A stretch of DNA of 38,683 nt from Rhodoferax sp. (GTDB taxonomy: Bacteria; Pseudomonadota; Gammaproteobacteria; Burkholderiales; Burkholderiaceae_C), in contig JBIIYT010000001.1 of the NCBI GenBank assembly GCA_044346675.1, positions 1 to 38,683 of the forward strand, read 5' to 3'. The position numbers and the translations under genes are program-made. Below, piece by piece: positions 1-8,799 of this stretch. Position 1 is the stretch's first letter, and each line of letters opens with the position of its first letter. A model generated the notes under the pieces. The model was not told where the DNA came from. It made no database searches and saw only the letters and a list, made by a program, of their open reading frames with translations.

Positions 1-61
1 AAAATATTTGCTTGCGCGTCTTCTTGACGTTCAGATTGAGTTTGAGACTGGTTTGTTTCAT
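1..61 (-). CDS. IS5-family transposase, N-terminal fragment (partial, not in the ORF track)
   Basis: Manual translation from ATG at 61: MKQTSLKLNLNVKKTRKQIF. This matches the MKQxxLxLxLxxKxTRKxxFL start typical of betaproteobacterial IS5 transposases. Confidence 0.75.
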   Translation of the reverse strand, partial: MKQTSLKLNLNVKKTRKQIF

Positions 62-109
62 GGGGGGATTTTCTCAGACTGCTTTGACTACAAGCACACA
101 GTCGGCAGA

Positions 110-125
110 GTTATGCAGAGGTTCC
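110..125 (-). repeat. Putative left terminal inverted repeat of the IS5 element (GGAACCTCTGCATAAC); candidate target site TTAA at 126-129
   Basis: Lies about 50 nt upstream of the transposase ATG and resembles IS5-subgroup ends. The partner IR is outside the window, so its exact length is unverified. Confidence 0.65.
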
Positions 126-314
126 TTAACACTCGTTAATTTTGCTTATCACTAAAATTCAGTACCCACCCCAGATGCCAAAGGGCAAGAATGTTTACTC
201 GACTATTGGCTAGAGTGCCAATTGATTGCCAACAAACTTCACCCAAGGCCTTTTTTAGACTACTAACTTTATTTCCAGCGCAGAAAGTGTTTAACCTAGG
301 CGCGCAGTAACTTA

Positions 315-1475
315 TTAGTAAGTTATTCGCTTTTGAATTTGAACTTCACATTTGTTCAACACGTCCGCAATGCGCTCACCTGCTTTTCCATCGCCATAAA
401 TCGGCTCACTAGGATAAAATCCGTGTTTCAATTGTTTTGAAATTGCCTCTCGTATTGGGAGTCGTTCATGTATGGCATCTAATACATTTGCTCCACGTTC
501 ACGCATGTCTTGCCTTGAACCGATATTCACGACCGGTGTTCCAATGTAGGCACCCTCTCTAATTCCACTGCTTGAATTCCCAACCAAGCATGCCGTACGG
601 CGCATTAAACGAATGTATGTCGCTGTTGGAAGGTTTTTAAAGAAGTGCATGTTCTGGTCAAACTTCTTCTCCCTCCATTTACGAATTCCACGAGATATGT
701 CCTCTGACCCGGCATCGGCATTTGGCCACAATATAATCGCGGGCATTCCCAAATCACGCACGGCTTCAAGCGTCTCAGTAATTTGTTTCTCTCCTGTTCC
801 ATATTCAGTCGTTACCGGATGTTGTGACACCAAAAGGAATGGTTTGCTTAAATCAAATCGTTCTCCCACTCCTACATCAAATAGATGATCATCCAACTCC
901 ACCTCTTGTGCTGCTTTTATCTCGGCAACAAGGTCAATGCGCGGACATCCAACCATATATACATCTTGAGGCCGCTCACCTAGTCGAATAATTCGCTCCT
1001 TTGCTTCCTTACTTGCAGGGAAATGAATGTGCGCAAACTTGGTCACTGCATGGCGGATGCTTTCGTCAATGGTGCCGCTTACCTCACCGCCCATTGTGTG
1101 TGCGACCGGGATATTCATATAGGCGGCGGCAAGCGTTGTCGCCATAGTCTCAAACCGATCTCCCACCGTGAGCACCACATCTGGCTTGATATGACCAAAG
1201 ACTGTAGGCAGCTCTAAGAGTCCCAATCCCGTGGACTTGGCCATCGTCTCCGGAGTTTCGCCTTCAATTAACATATGCACTTTGGCGACTGGCTCAAACC
1301 CATCCTTCTCGATGAGTGAGACGACTGCACCATAGCGATCCAGCAAGGCAGATGCGCCAACCACCAATTGGAGCTCTAGTTCTGCATGATCTCTAATTGC
1401 AACCATTGCAGACTTGATGCTGCTGTAGTTGGCCCGCGATCCTATGAATACACAAATTTTTCTCTTCGCACTCAA
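315..1475 (-). CDS. neuC: UDP-N-acetylglucosamine 2-epimerase (hydrolysing), NeuC/LegG family
   Basis: Motifs GSRANY, GDRFE, GGEVSGTIDESIRHAVTKFAHIHF, QHPVTTE, GNSSSGIRE, YGDG. TTG start overlaps the neuB stop. Confidence 0.92.
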   Translation of the reverse strand: MSAKRKICVFIGSRANYSSIKSAMVAIRDHAELELQLVVGASALLDRYGAVVSLIEKDGFEPVAKVHMLIEGETPETMAKSTGLGLLELPTVFGHIKPDVVLTVGDRFETMATTLAAAYMNIPVAHTMGGEVSGTIDESIRHAVTKFAHIHFPASKEAKERIIRLGERPQDVYMVGCPRIDLVAEIKAAQEVELDDHLFDVGVGERFDLSKPFLLVSQHPVTTEYGTGEKQITETLEAVRDLGMPAIILWPNADAGSEDISRGIRKWREKKFDQNMHFFKNLPTATYIRLMRRTACLVGNSSSGIREGAYIGTPVVNIGSRQDMRERGANVLDAIHERLPIREAISKQLKHGFYPSEPIYGDGKAGERIADVLNKCEVQIQKRITY

Positions 1476-2467
1476 TTTAGGTCATCCTCAGTTAACTTGT
1501 GGTCAGGCTGCATGGCCCGCTTTGCAGTACGTCCAAGCAACCGCTCGTAATCGCGGGCGGGAAGTCCATCGCCAGGTTTTTTGAATGCAAGCATCCCAAC
1601 GGTGATTGTTTCGCCTGCTTCAATTGCACATGCAGCGACAATACTTTTTTCAAAAATACGCTTCATTTCTGCGTAGGGTTCTACGTCTGATTTAGAGATA
1701 GGATTATCAAGCATCGCCCACACCTCTCGCAGTGCCCCTGCCATTTGCTTGAACTCGCTTGGCTCCATCGAGTGCCGCGCATCACTTCCATACATTTGTC
1801 GCGAAAAAGTGAAATGCTTTTCAATCACAGTGGCTCCCAATGCTGCGGCAGCTATAGGTGCCGCAACGCCCATCGTGTGGTCTGAATATCCAACCGGCAA
1901 TCCATATCGCTCGGCCATCTCCCTGATAACGTTCAATCCAACTCGCTCTGGAGGGCAAGGATATGCAGAAGAGCATTGCATAACCGTCGTCGCGCAAGAA
2001 CTCTTTACTGTCGCAAGCGCCAAGTCCAATTCACCCCAACCGCTCATTCCTGAAGACAATAAAACAGGCTTACCAGTCCTTGCAATCCGCGCCAACAACG
2101 GAGTATTTGAAACTTCACCCGAGGGGATTTTGTACGCTGCGATCCCAAGCTCTTCGAGCAGGTCTACCGCCTCGAGCGAGAAAGGAGACGACAAAAAGAC
2201 AACTCCAAGATCGTTCGCATGTTTTGCCAAGCGCTGCCACTGCGCAAACGAAAATGAGGTGCGACGAAAGTAGGCCGATCTCGGCTCATCGGAAAAATAT
2301 GCAGGGGCTGGAGCTGACACTACCGACTCTGCTTCAGCAATGTGTGTTTGAAATTTGACAGTATCAGCACCTGCTTGCGCAGCTGCATCAATTAACTTCA
2401 GGGCATTGCCAAAAGACCCATCATGTACCGACCCGATTTCTGCAATTATTCTGATCACTTCATACAC
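1472..2467 (-). CDS. neuB: N-acetylneuraminate/nonulosonate synthase family protein (copy 2) with C-terminal SAF domain
   Basis: Motifs IIAEIG, VKFQT, KIPSGE, GYSDHT, IEKHFT, KKPGDGL. Alternative GTG start at 2458 overlaps the upstream stop. Confidence 0.92.
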   Translation of the reverse strand: MYEVIRIIAEIGSVHDGSFGNALKLIDAAAQAGADTVKFQTHIAEAESVVSAPAPAYFSDEPRSAYFRRTSFSFAQWQRLAKHANDLGVVFLSSPFSLEAVDLLEELGIAAYKIPSGEVSNTPLLARIARTGKPVLLSSGMSGWGELDLALATVKSSCATTVMQCSSAYPCPPERVGLNVIREMAERYGLPVGYSDHTMGVAAPIAAAALGATVIEKHFTFSRQMYGSDARHSMEPSEFKQMAGALREVWAMLDNPISKSDVEPYAEMKRIFEKSIVAACAIEAGETITVGMLAFKKPGDGLPARDYERLLGRTAKRAMQPDHKLTEDDLN

Positions 2468-3363
2468 CTATTCTGCATAATAGAGACGGCCTCGGGCATC
2501 ACCGCGAATCCGGCAATTGAGATCTTTCCACTCGGTTCATATATCCGCTCAAGCCGCATCACGGCCATTCCCGCGGCACGAAACGCAAAGTCCAGGCTAC
2601 AAATGTCATACAGTTGATGATGCAGAGCGCCCAGAATATTGTCCGCAGCAGTCCGGCACTCAATTGTCTCTTTCGCTGGCACCTCCACATAAAGAACACC
2701 CGAGGTTGGGTTCAGTGAAGTCGCCGCCTCACGCATTAAATCGACAGGGTCGAGCAAATGTTCTACCACTTTATTTAGAGTGCACAAGTCAACGTTATGG
2801 ATCGTCGCGCTTCTTGTAAATAGACCATGGTTCACCTTGAACATTTTTAGCGTACGGAGATGCGCCGCCGCGTTATCGTCGGGCTCAAATGCGCAACCCT
2901 CCCATATCCGATTTATCCTTGCCTCTTCAGATATGAATTTAGATAGAAAAACACCGGTCCCAGCCCCAATGTCCAATACCCTCATTCTCGACTGACATAC
3001 CCCGACCCGCAGCCGCCAATCAGCTACGAACTCCCCTACTCTTTTTACCCTTAGAGCATTATCTGAACTTGCAGATGGCAAGGACATTACTTGCTGATAT
3101 TTTTGTGAAACACTTGAGGCTTTCAGATCTATCTCGTAATATCCAGAAGAAATTGCGGCAAGTTTCTCAACAACACCGCTCGGATGAATGTTTATCGCAG
3201 CACCACAGTTCGTGCACTCTGACCACTGCCTTTTATAGCCTGCCGCTTCAACTCCAGCATAAACCTCAAAGCGATCTGGGTTTAATATCTCAAGAAGGCA
3301 GACTCCAATTGAGCCACCACAAATTGGACAGCAAACTTTTCTGGAGTAATTAGATGGCGTCAT
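2455..3363 (-). CDS. Class I SAM-dependent methyltransferase with N-terminal Cys4 (Zn-ribbon-like) motif
   Basis: CPIC...CTNC, VLDIGAGTG, TLNKVVEH, YVEVP. Confidence 0.85.
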   Translation of the reverse strand: MTPSNYSRKVCCPICGGSIGVCLLEILNPDRFEVYAGVEAAGYKRQWSECTNCGAAINIHPSGVVEKLAAISSGYYEIDLKASSVSQKYQQVMSLPSASSDNALRVKRVGEFVADWRLRVGVCQSRMRVLDIGAGTGVFLSKFISEEARINRIWEGCAFEPDDNAAAHLRTLKMFKVNHGLFTRSATIHNVDLCTLNKVVEHLLDPVDLMREAATSLNPTSGVLYVEVPAKETIECRTAADNILGALHHQLYDICSLDFAFRAAGMAVMRLERIYEPSGKISIAGFAVMPEAVSIMQNRCMK

Positions 3364-5063
3364 ACTCTACAATGATCAAGGTAATCCTCCTCGTCGGAGC
3401 ACAAAAATGAAACCATTTTGACAATTTGCGGATGATTTAAAACACTCACAATTGTTTTCTCGCCAAAATTTATATCTCTACGGCGAGAATGGCCATCCCC
3501 CGCGCTATAGGAGTCCGTGAATGCATCCCCATAGCGTGCGGGACGAACATTAAAAATGTAGTATGCATATCGTTGGCCTAACTTAATCTGCTCCAGGCTC
3601 AGAGGCGGAATTTCATGAATATTCTTAATATTTGAAATATATTCCTCTCGACAGGTTGAGTCAACAGTAAATCCTTTTCCAGAGTAACGCCCAGTGCCAG
3701 CTGTGATGGTGGGAATACCAAAGCAGGGCAACTCTAAGCCAACTGTTCCTCGCACAGTAACACCGTAGTCAGATATTCCAAAAAAAGACATAGGACTAAT
3801 TGCACTATCTGGATATATAACTGTTAGAAAATCCGGCACACACCCAAATTCGTTTTCTAAAGCTTGGAGTTCTCCATACCTCCGAGATGTTGAAAGACTC
3901 GGGTTTCTATACATGTTTGCAGGATGCAGCTTCAGTACCCAGTTGACGGATTTATTATATGCAGCAGCACGAATAGTCTCAACCAACCATTCCTCATAGC
4001 CTCCGATAAAAAGATCTTTACCGTAAAACAAGTTGGCATCGTTGAGGATATGTGAATATATAACCGCCGTTTTCTTTTTGGCATCAAGGGATAGCTCTTG
4101 CAAGAGTTCCAATTTTGTTGCCTCATGCTGATTTAAAGTTAAATTTTTATACTTAAACCATTGCCCCTCTGTATAGCCTCGTTGAAACTGATGCATCACG
4201 CCTCTTGCATAATCATCATTCCACGGAAGCTGTTTAATAGCTTCCCAATTTTCATTTGAAAGTGAAAATGGATGCTCCCTGAAATTACCTAATGTATATC
4301 TTTTAAACATGATGGAATTAGGTTCATGACAACCAGTCCATTGTACATATTTAATATTGTTATTAATGGCTGCGTAAAATATCTCCGACGTTCCAACAAA
4401 TCCTTTTTCAACCGACAGCAGCAACGATGGCCTTATACGCTCAATCAGCCTCAGTGATGCATCAACCATAAATACAGACCGAGAAATTATTCTTTTCAGT
4501 TTGGCTATATTTTCTTTATTAACAGTGGTTAGATCTACATCATTCCCCGCTGACAACGATGCCAAACTGTGCAACCCAATGTGCGCTCCTCGGTAGCATA
4601 TCTCCTTGATCCGATTGAGTACCCCGGCTTGACCAAAGGATATTGTTTTGAAAACTCCCTTCAATCGCAAAAAACTTGTAATTGACAAGTAATCATCCAA
4701 AACGAAAACCTTAAACCCATTGAGTTTTTCATGGTATGCACTCACCAAGGGTTGGCATGCCATATTTGTAACCACCACCACTTTAAAGCCTTTTTGACTC
4801 ATTGCGTGGCCAATTAGGCTTTCAATTTTTATGCAATAAGTCAGCGGCATAAAGCTCGCAATCAAAAATATTCCCTCTAACTGCTCAGCCTCGGTAGACA
4901 ATGGTTTGACCAGCCAACTCTTATACCGCTCTAAATCCTGTTGATCGGCAAGCGAGAGTGTTTCCTTGCTCCATTTGCCTTTTAAAAATGCGCGCGGCGC
5001 AAGCGCCATTCTGGCTAATGTAGAAAAAATGGCGTTGGGCTTCCCCTCTCTTTCCTGATTCAT
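3360..5063 (-). CDS. Capsule-polysaccharide-synthesis (KpsS/KpsC-like, GT-B) protein; candidate CMP-ulosonate transferase
   Basis: 567-aa ORF. C-terminal half has VLKLHP and TVRGTVGLELPCFGIPTITAG..Y...GFT, similar to the KxHP and STVGLEA..GKPV motifs of KpsS/KpsC-type proteins. AT-rich. Confidence 0.6.
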   Translation of the reverse strand: MNQEREGKPNAIFSTLARMALAPRAFLKGKWSKETLSLADQQDLERYKSWLVKPLSTEAEQLEGIFLIASFMPLTYCIKIESLIGHAMSQKGFKVVVVTNMACQPLVSAYHEKLNGFKVFVLDDYLSITSFLRLKGVFKTISFGQAGVLNRIKEICYRGAHIGLHSLASLSAGNDVDLTTVNKENIAKLKRIISRSVFMVDASLRLIERIRPSLLLSVEKGFVGTSEIFYAAINNNIKYVQWTGCHEPNSIMFKRYTLGNFREHPFSLSNENWEAIKQLPWNDDYARGVMHQFQRGYTEGQWFKYKNLTLNQHEATKLELLQELSLDAKKKTAVIYSHILNDANLFYGKDLFIGGYEEWLVETIRAAAYNKSVNWVLKLHPANMYRNPSLSTSRRYGELQALENEFGCVPDFLTVIYPDSAISPMSFFGISDYGVTVRGTVGLELPCFGIPTITAGTGRYSGKGFTVDSTCREEYISNIKNIHEIPPLSLEQIKLGQRYAYYIFNVRPARYGDAFTDSYSAGDGHSRRRDINFGEKTIVSVLNHPQIVKMVSFLCSDEEDYLDHCRV

Positions 5064-5244
5064 AGTTGGAAATGGTTACATTTATTGTTTTAAGTCGGTT
5101 ACTCGAGATTTACTCAAATCCACGATCTATTGCCATGATATTTCTCTAGCTGTAACTCTGATACCAACTGAGGCTTCATGGATGAAGCAGATGTATGTCC
5201 CGCAGATCCAATTAAAAGCTATTCAGTTAAGTATGCTTAGCAGT

Positions 5245-7104
5245 TCAGTTCAAAGAGTCAAGCCAAAGCTCAAGATTCAAGAGTTGCCACAAAAACATCA
5301 TGTGATTCTCTTGGTTCGCCCCTGCTTCCACAATTGCGACATGCTCGTCAATCAATCTCATGACAGATTTCGAATCGTAAACTCCGTGGTTCCTAAACTT
5401 CTCAGAGGCAACCATGTCTCTTAACGAGTCTAGGGTCTCAGTATCAAACCAACGATGCGCCGGGGCGTTCCATCCTGTTTTTTTCACGCGGTTTCTTGTG
5501 GCTTCTGGCAGCACTCCACGCATTGCCCTCCTCAGCAGCTGTTTGGTTACTCCATGTTGAATTTTCATGTGCCCTGGTACCCGATACATAAATTCAACTA
5601 GTGTGTGGTCAAGAAAAGGGTCGAAGTGCTCAAGCCCTACCGAGGTACATTGCCTGTCTTCCGCCCGAAGGCAACATGGCAACGTTTCGAGAAACATATC
5701 TTGATGGGTGCGGTTTTTCAGATAGCTTAGAAACGGCGCATCCATAACTGGAGTAAAACTTAATAGTTCGAAATAATCATTTCGAACCGTTCCCGAGTAC
5801 TTCAACATACGTTTCATGTCTGGCAAACAACGTCCTGGCGAAGCTGGGTCTGTAATACGGCCCATCATTTCATGAGCTGTAGTCCGGTTTTTTTTGAAAA
5901 TTGGATGGTCATGGTGGGCAGCCCAAGTGAGAATTTCCGTCTCTAGCTCTGTTGTTTTTCCCGCCATCTGTAAATCCGCAAAATGTGTCGGGAAATATTC
6001 GTACTCACCAGCATTCAATTCATCTCCACCTAACCCCCCAAAGAGTGCATCGTGGCCGTGATTTACAACCTCCTTTGTCAACAAGAAGTGTGACAACCAA
6101 GTGGCCGTTGCAACTGGCTCATTGTGGACCTTAACCATATCCGAAACGATGTCAAACAACTTGATCTGATTTGGAATCTCCAATGCTGTCCAAGAGGACA
6201 CTTTGCTCTCGACGACGTCACCGATCTCCCCACGTTCGTCATATGTGGCATCGGTATATACACTTGAGAAAGCCGCTTGCTTTTGCCCCAAAACTTCCGC
6301 TGCACAACATAGCACTGATGAAGAGTCTAGACCCCCAGACAATGTGAATGCGGGCTTTTCTACGGCATCTACTCTTCTTTTTACCGCATTAATTAGTAGT
6401 TTTTTATACTCTTCAGCCAACTGGTCTTCCGATTGCGTCCAATCGTCCTGTTGCTTCAAAGACCAATACGGAACTATGGGCCCAATCCTTCCTTCAGCAA
6501 TGGCCACGAAATGTGCCGCGGGCAATTGTGCAATCTGGCTATAAGGGGATTCGCAAGGTGAATTGTCGAATGTCCGATAGTGCATTCCTGCAAATCTTGC
6601 AACGAACGCGCGATTTGGTTCAGCAGATACTCCATCCAGGGCCAAGAGCGCGCTTGGTTGTGATGCGAAAGCCACCTCCACAGCTGGCAACTTAGCGTAG
6701 TACAAGGGCTTTACCCCTAACCTATCTCGACCTAACCACAAGGTGGCGCGGTTTAGGTCATAGACTGCTATCGCAAAGTCTCCAATCAACTCCGTTAGCA
6801 TTCCTTCGAAGCCTCTTTTTGCGTACAAGCAGGCGATTAATGCCGCGTCGCCATCCTGACAGTCGTTGTGCCTACGCAGCTCGTTACGATTTAATAGCTG
6901 TCCATCCAGTACGACTTTGAGGGCCGAATTTTCAAATACGCGACCGCCGACTTGATGCGCGTGTATGCCTTTCCAAGCCAGTATCGACTGATCACTTGAG
7001 GTGATGGTGTAACTGCCCCCTGGAAGGCTAGGGAGCATTCGATCTCGGATTCGAGTCTGCGCTCCACCATCATGAGTAAATGTTATTCCTGCAATGCGTG
7101 ACAT
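5245..7104 (-). CDS. Asparagine synthetase B-like amidoligase (copy 2) with degenerate glutaminase domain
   Basis: Synthetase motifs RDRLGVKPLYY, LSGGLDSS, GGDEL, PFLD are present. The N-terminus is MSRIAG rather than MCGIAG. Confidence 0.88.
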   Translation of the reverse strand: MSRIAGITFTHDGGAQTRIRDRMLPSLPGGSYTITSSDQSILAWKGIHAHQVGGRVFENSALKVVLDGQLLNRNELRRHNDCQDGDAALIACLYAKRGFEGMLTELIGDFAIAVYDLNRATLWLGRDRLGVKPLYYAKLPAVEVAFASQPSALLALDGVSAEPNRAFVARFAGMHYRTFDNSPCESPYSQIAQLPAAHFVAIAEGRIGPIVPYWSLKQQDDWTQSEDQLAEEYKKLLINAVKRRVDAVEKPAFTLSGGLDSSSVLCCAAEVLGQKQAAFSSVYTDATYDERGEIGDVVESKVSSWTALEIPNQIKLFDIVSDMVKVHNEPVATATWLSHFLLTKEVVNHGHDALFGGLGGDELNAGEYEYFPTHFADLQMAGKTTELETEILTWAAHHDHPIFKKNRTTAHEMMGRITDPASPGRCLPDMKRMLKYSGTVRNDYFELLSFTPVMDAPFLSYLKNRTHQDMFLETLPCCLRAEDRQCTSVGLEHFDPFLDHTLVEFMYRVPGHMKIQHGVTKQLLRRAMRGVLPEATRNRVKKTGWNAPAHRWFDTETLDSLRDMVASEKFRNHGVYDSKSVMRLIDEHVAIVEAGANQENHMMFLWQLLNLELWLDSLN

Positions 7105-7134
7105 TGAATCGTCCAGTCCGTGAGTAGTAATTGA

Positions 7135-7827
7135 TTAGTTTTTGGACGCGACTAAAAACGTCCAATGATGGGGAAATCCGATTACCATCTCTGGCTGCCC
7201 TTTGGAGCGCCGATCGACTTCCTCGCGAACAGCAAATCCCCTGTCCAAGATAAATTCCGTAATTTCTCTGCGGGCGTATGTATTTACGTACACGCCAAGA
7301 TTCACGCCGGCGTCAAGAAACCTATCACGAACATACGTGTACGATGCCGTGTCTGCAATTGATTCGCGCAACACCACGCTTTTGCGGGCGACTCTAAGCA
7401 GACGTTCGAGCGGTTTGTGAAAGTTGTCAATATTCGAAAGTACGTTTATACAAATAACGTGATCAACAGTCCCGCTCAGGTCTTCCAGCTGAATTGTGGC
7501 CAGTCGCGCTTGCGGAAGTCCAAAACGCGGCAGCTCCTTTTGCCCAATTTCGATTAGGGATTGCGTAGCATCTATACCGAAGTACTCGGCCGGTATCCCT
7601 CGCTTTCGCAGTGAGTGGTAGAAATATCCGCTTCCACACCCCACATCTAATAGACTATCACCTGGCGCCACCATATGCAGCAGCAACTCGGCAGCTTGCC
7701 CGGCACAGGTCATCTCCTCGACTTCATCGCGTGCACGCTGTCGATACAAATCTCGCACTATCGAGCTGTGCTCCCAAATGTTGTTTTCGGAGAAGCCCGT
7801 GTCGCGAAGAGCGGAATTCAGATCCAT
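7135..7827 (-). CDS. Class I SAM-dependent methyltransferase
   Basis: LLDVGCGSG motif I, FGIDA, DHVICINVL. Confidence 0.85.
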   Translation of the reverse strand: MDLNSALRDTGFSENNIWEHSSIVRDLYRQRARDEVEEMTCAGQAAELLLHMVAPGDSLLDVGCGSGYFYHSLRKRGIPAEYFGIDATQSLIEIGQKELPRFGLPQARLATIQLEDLSGTVDHVICINVLSNIDNFHKPLERLLRVARKSVVLRESIADTASYTYVRDRFLDAGVNLGVYVNTYARREITEFILDRGFAVREEVDRRSKGQPEMVIGFPHHWTFLVASKN

Positions 7828-7852
7828 TGCGCTCGACTCAATGCATTGCTAA

Positions 7853-8776
7853 CTATGCGACCCGAGCAACTAAAATAAAAGCGGACGCCATGAAGTTGCC
7901 GCGCCAATCGTGCGGATCTTCCATGGCAAGGCTTTCGCGACGAAACAACTCAGGCACGCTGGACTGCAGCATTGGTGGCAATGCGTGGAAGTGATAAAAA
8001 AGCACCTGCACATCGACAAGTCCCTGATTCCGAGCCAAATGTGCCAACTCAAAAGGGTTGTGCAAACGTGATAGCACTTCGTCGTACCCGGGCTCCGATT
8101 CATAGCCCTTGCGCAATGGAGGCAAATCCATGCGGAATCGATCGTCTAGTTGATGCAAAGCACTATCGAGACTTTCCAAATCAATACCAGCACGCTCACG
8201 TAACCCAACCACATCTAGTAGTCGACTCTGAAAGAAATCACGACTGTACCGGTTAAGTGTAAACAAAGAGAACAGCTCATTACGCGCCTCAATAGCTATC
8301 AAGCCGCCTGGGCGCACTACTTGTTTGAAGTTGGCAATCAGACTGGCTTCTCCTCCTGCAGGAAGGTGTGGAAGCACACCAAAACAAATGCCCGCGTCGA
8401 AGCTCTTTTTGCCATCAGAAGCCGCAGAGAAAGCACTACTATCCATCACGCTACCCTGCCAAATACGATCTGCATCCACACCGTGTGTGGCCATCACACG
8501 TCGCGCCTCGGTCACCATTTCCGGGGTCAAATCGAAGCCGTATAGATCGAGGCCAATACCAGTAAGGTCCCTCAACATAGAGGCAGGCCCACAGCCCGCG
8601 TCTAGCACCGTATTAATATCCTGAGCACGCAACAGCTCGCGAACAATGTCGGTGTGTACTGGAGGGTAAGCGGCATCAGACTTGTAGTAGTCGGCGTAAT
8701 AGCGCTCTCCCCAAGTCGAATAGCAAGCCCTTATGCTCGCCTCGATTTGCTCAATTTTCGTTGTCTCAGGTTTCAA
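7853..8776 (-). CDS. Class I SAM-dependent methyltransferase
   Basis: VLDAGCGP, YGFDLTPEMV, FDAGICFGVLPHL, VRPGG. TTG start. Confidence 0.85.
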   Translation of the reverse strand: MKPETTKIEQIEASIRACYSTWGERYYADYYKSDAAYPPVHTDIVRELLRAQDINTVLDAGCGPASMLRDLTGIGLDLYGFDLTPEMVTEARRVMATHGVDADRIWQGSVMDSSAFSAASDGKKSFDAGICFGVLPHLPAGGEASLIANFKQVVRPGGLIAIEARNELFSLFTLNRYSRDFFQSRLLDVVGLRERAGIDLESLDSALHQLDDRFRMDLPPLRKGYESEPGYDEVLSRLHNPFELAHLARNQGLVDVQVLFYHFHALPPMLQSSVPELFRRESLAMEDPHDWRGNFMASAFILVARVA

Positions 8777-8799
8777 GATCTTGTCTCAGCAAAGTTTTT

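Larger units (their letters stand above)
1..125 (-). mobile_element. IS5-family insertion sequence, left end (continues beyond the window)
   Basis: Minus strand reads TTAA|GGAACCTCTGCATAAC..., i.e. a YTAR-type target tetramer followed by a GGAA-initial IS5-subgroup-like terminus. An ATG at 61 begins a recognisable IS5 transposase N-terminus. Confidence 0.8.

Noticed and set aside
130-314. Possible terminator or small RNA after neuC (short ATTGGC...GCCAAT stem)
   Set aside because: The stem is only 6 bp, with no U-tract and no recognisable RNA family features.
2164-2171. ops-like octamer GGCGGTAG on the minus strand
   Set aside because: It is inside neuB-2 near the operon's 3' end and lacks the following nnTG. 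This is the wrong position for an RfaH loading site.
5182-5424. 80-aa plus-strand ORF starting in the intergenic gap
   Set aside because: It is mostly antisense to the AsnB-2 3' end, with no motif support.
5888-5895. T8 run in AsnB-2 and several A7/T7/C7 runs elsewhere as contingency loci
   Set aside because: Short runs encoding Lys, Phe or Gly codons in intact frames are expected by chance.
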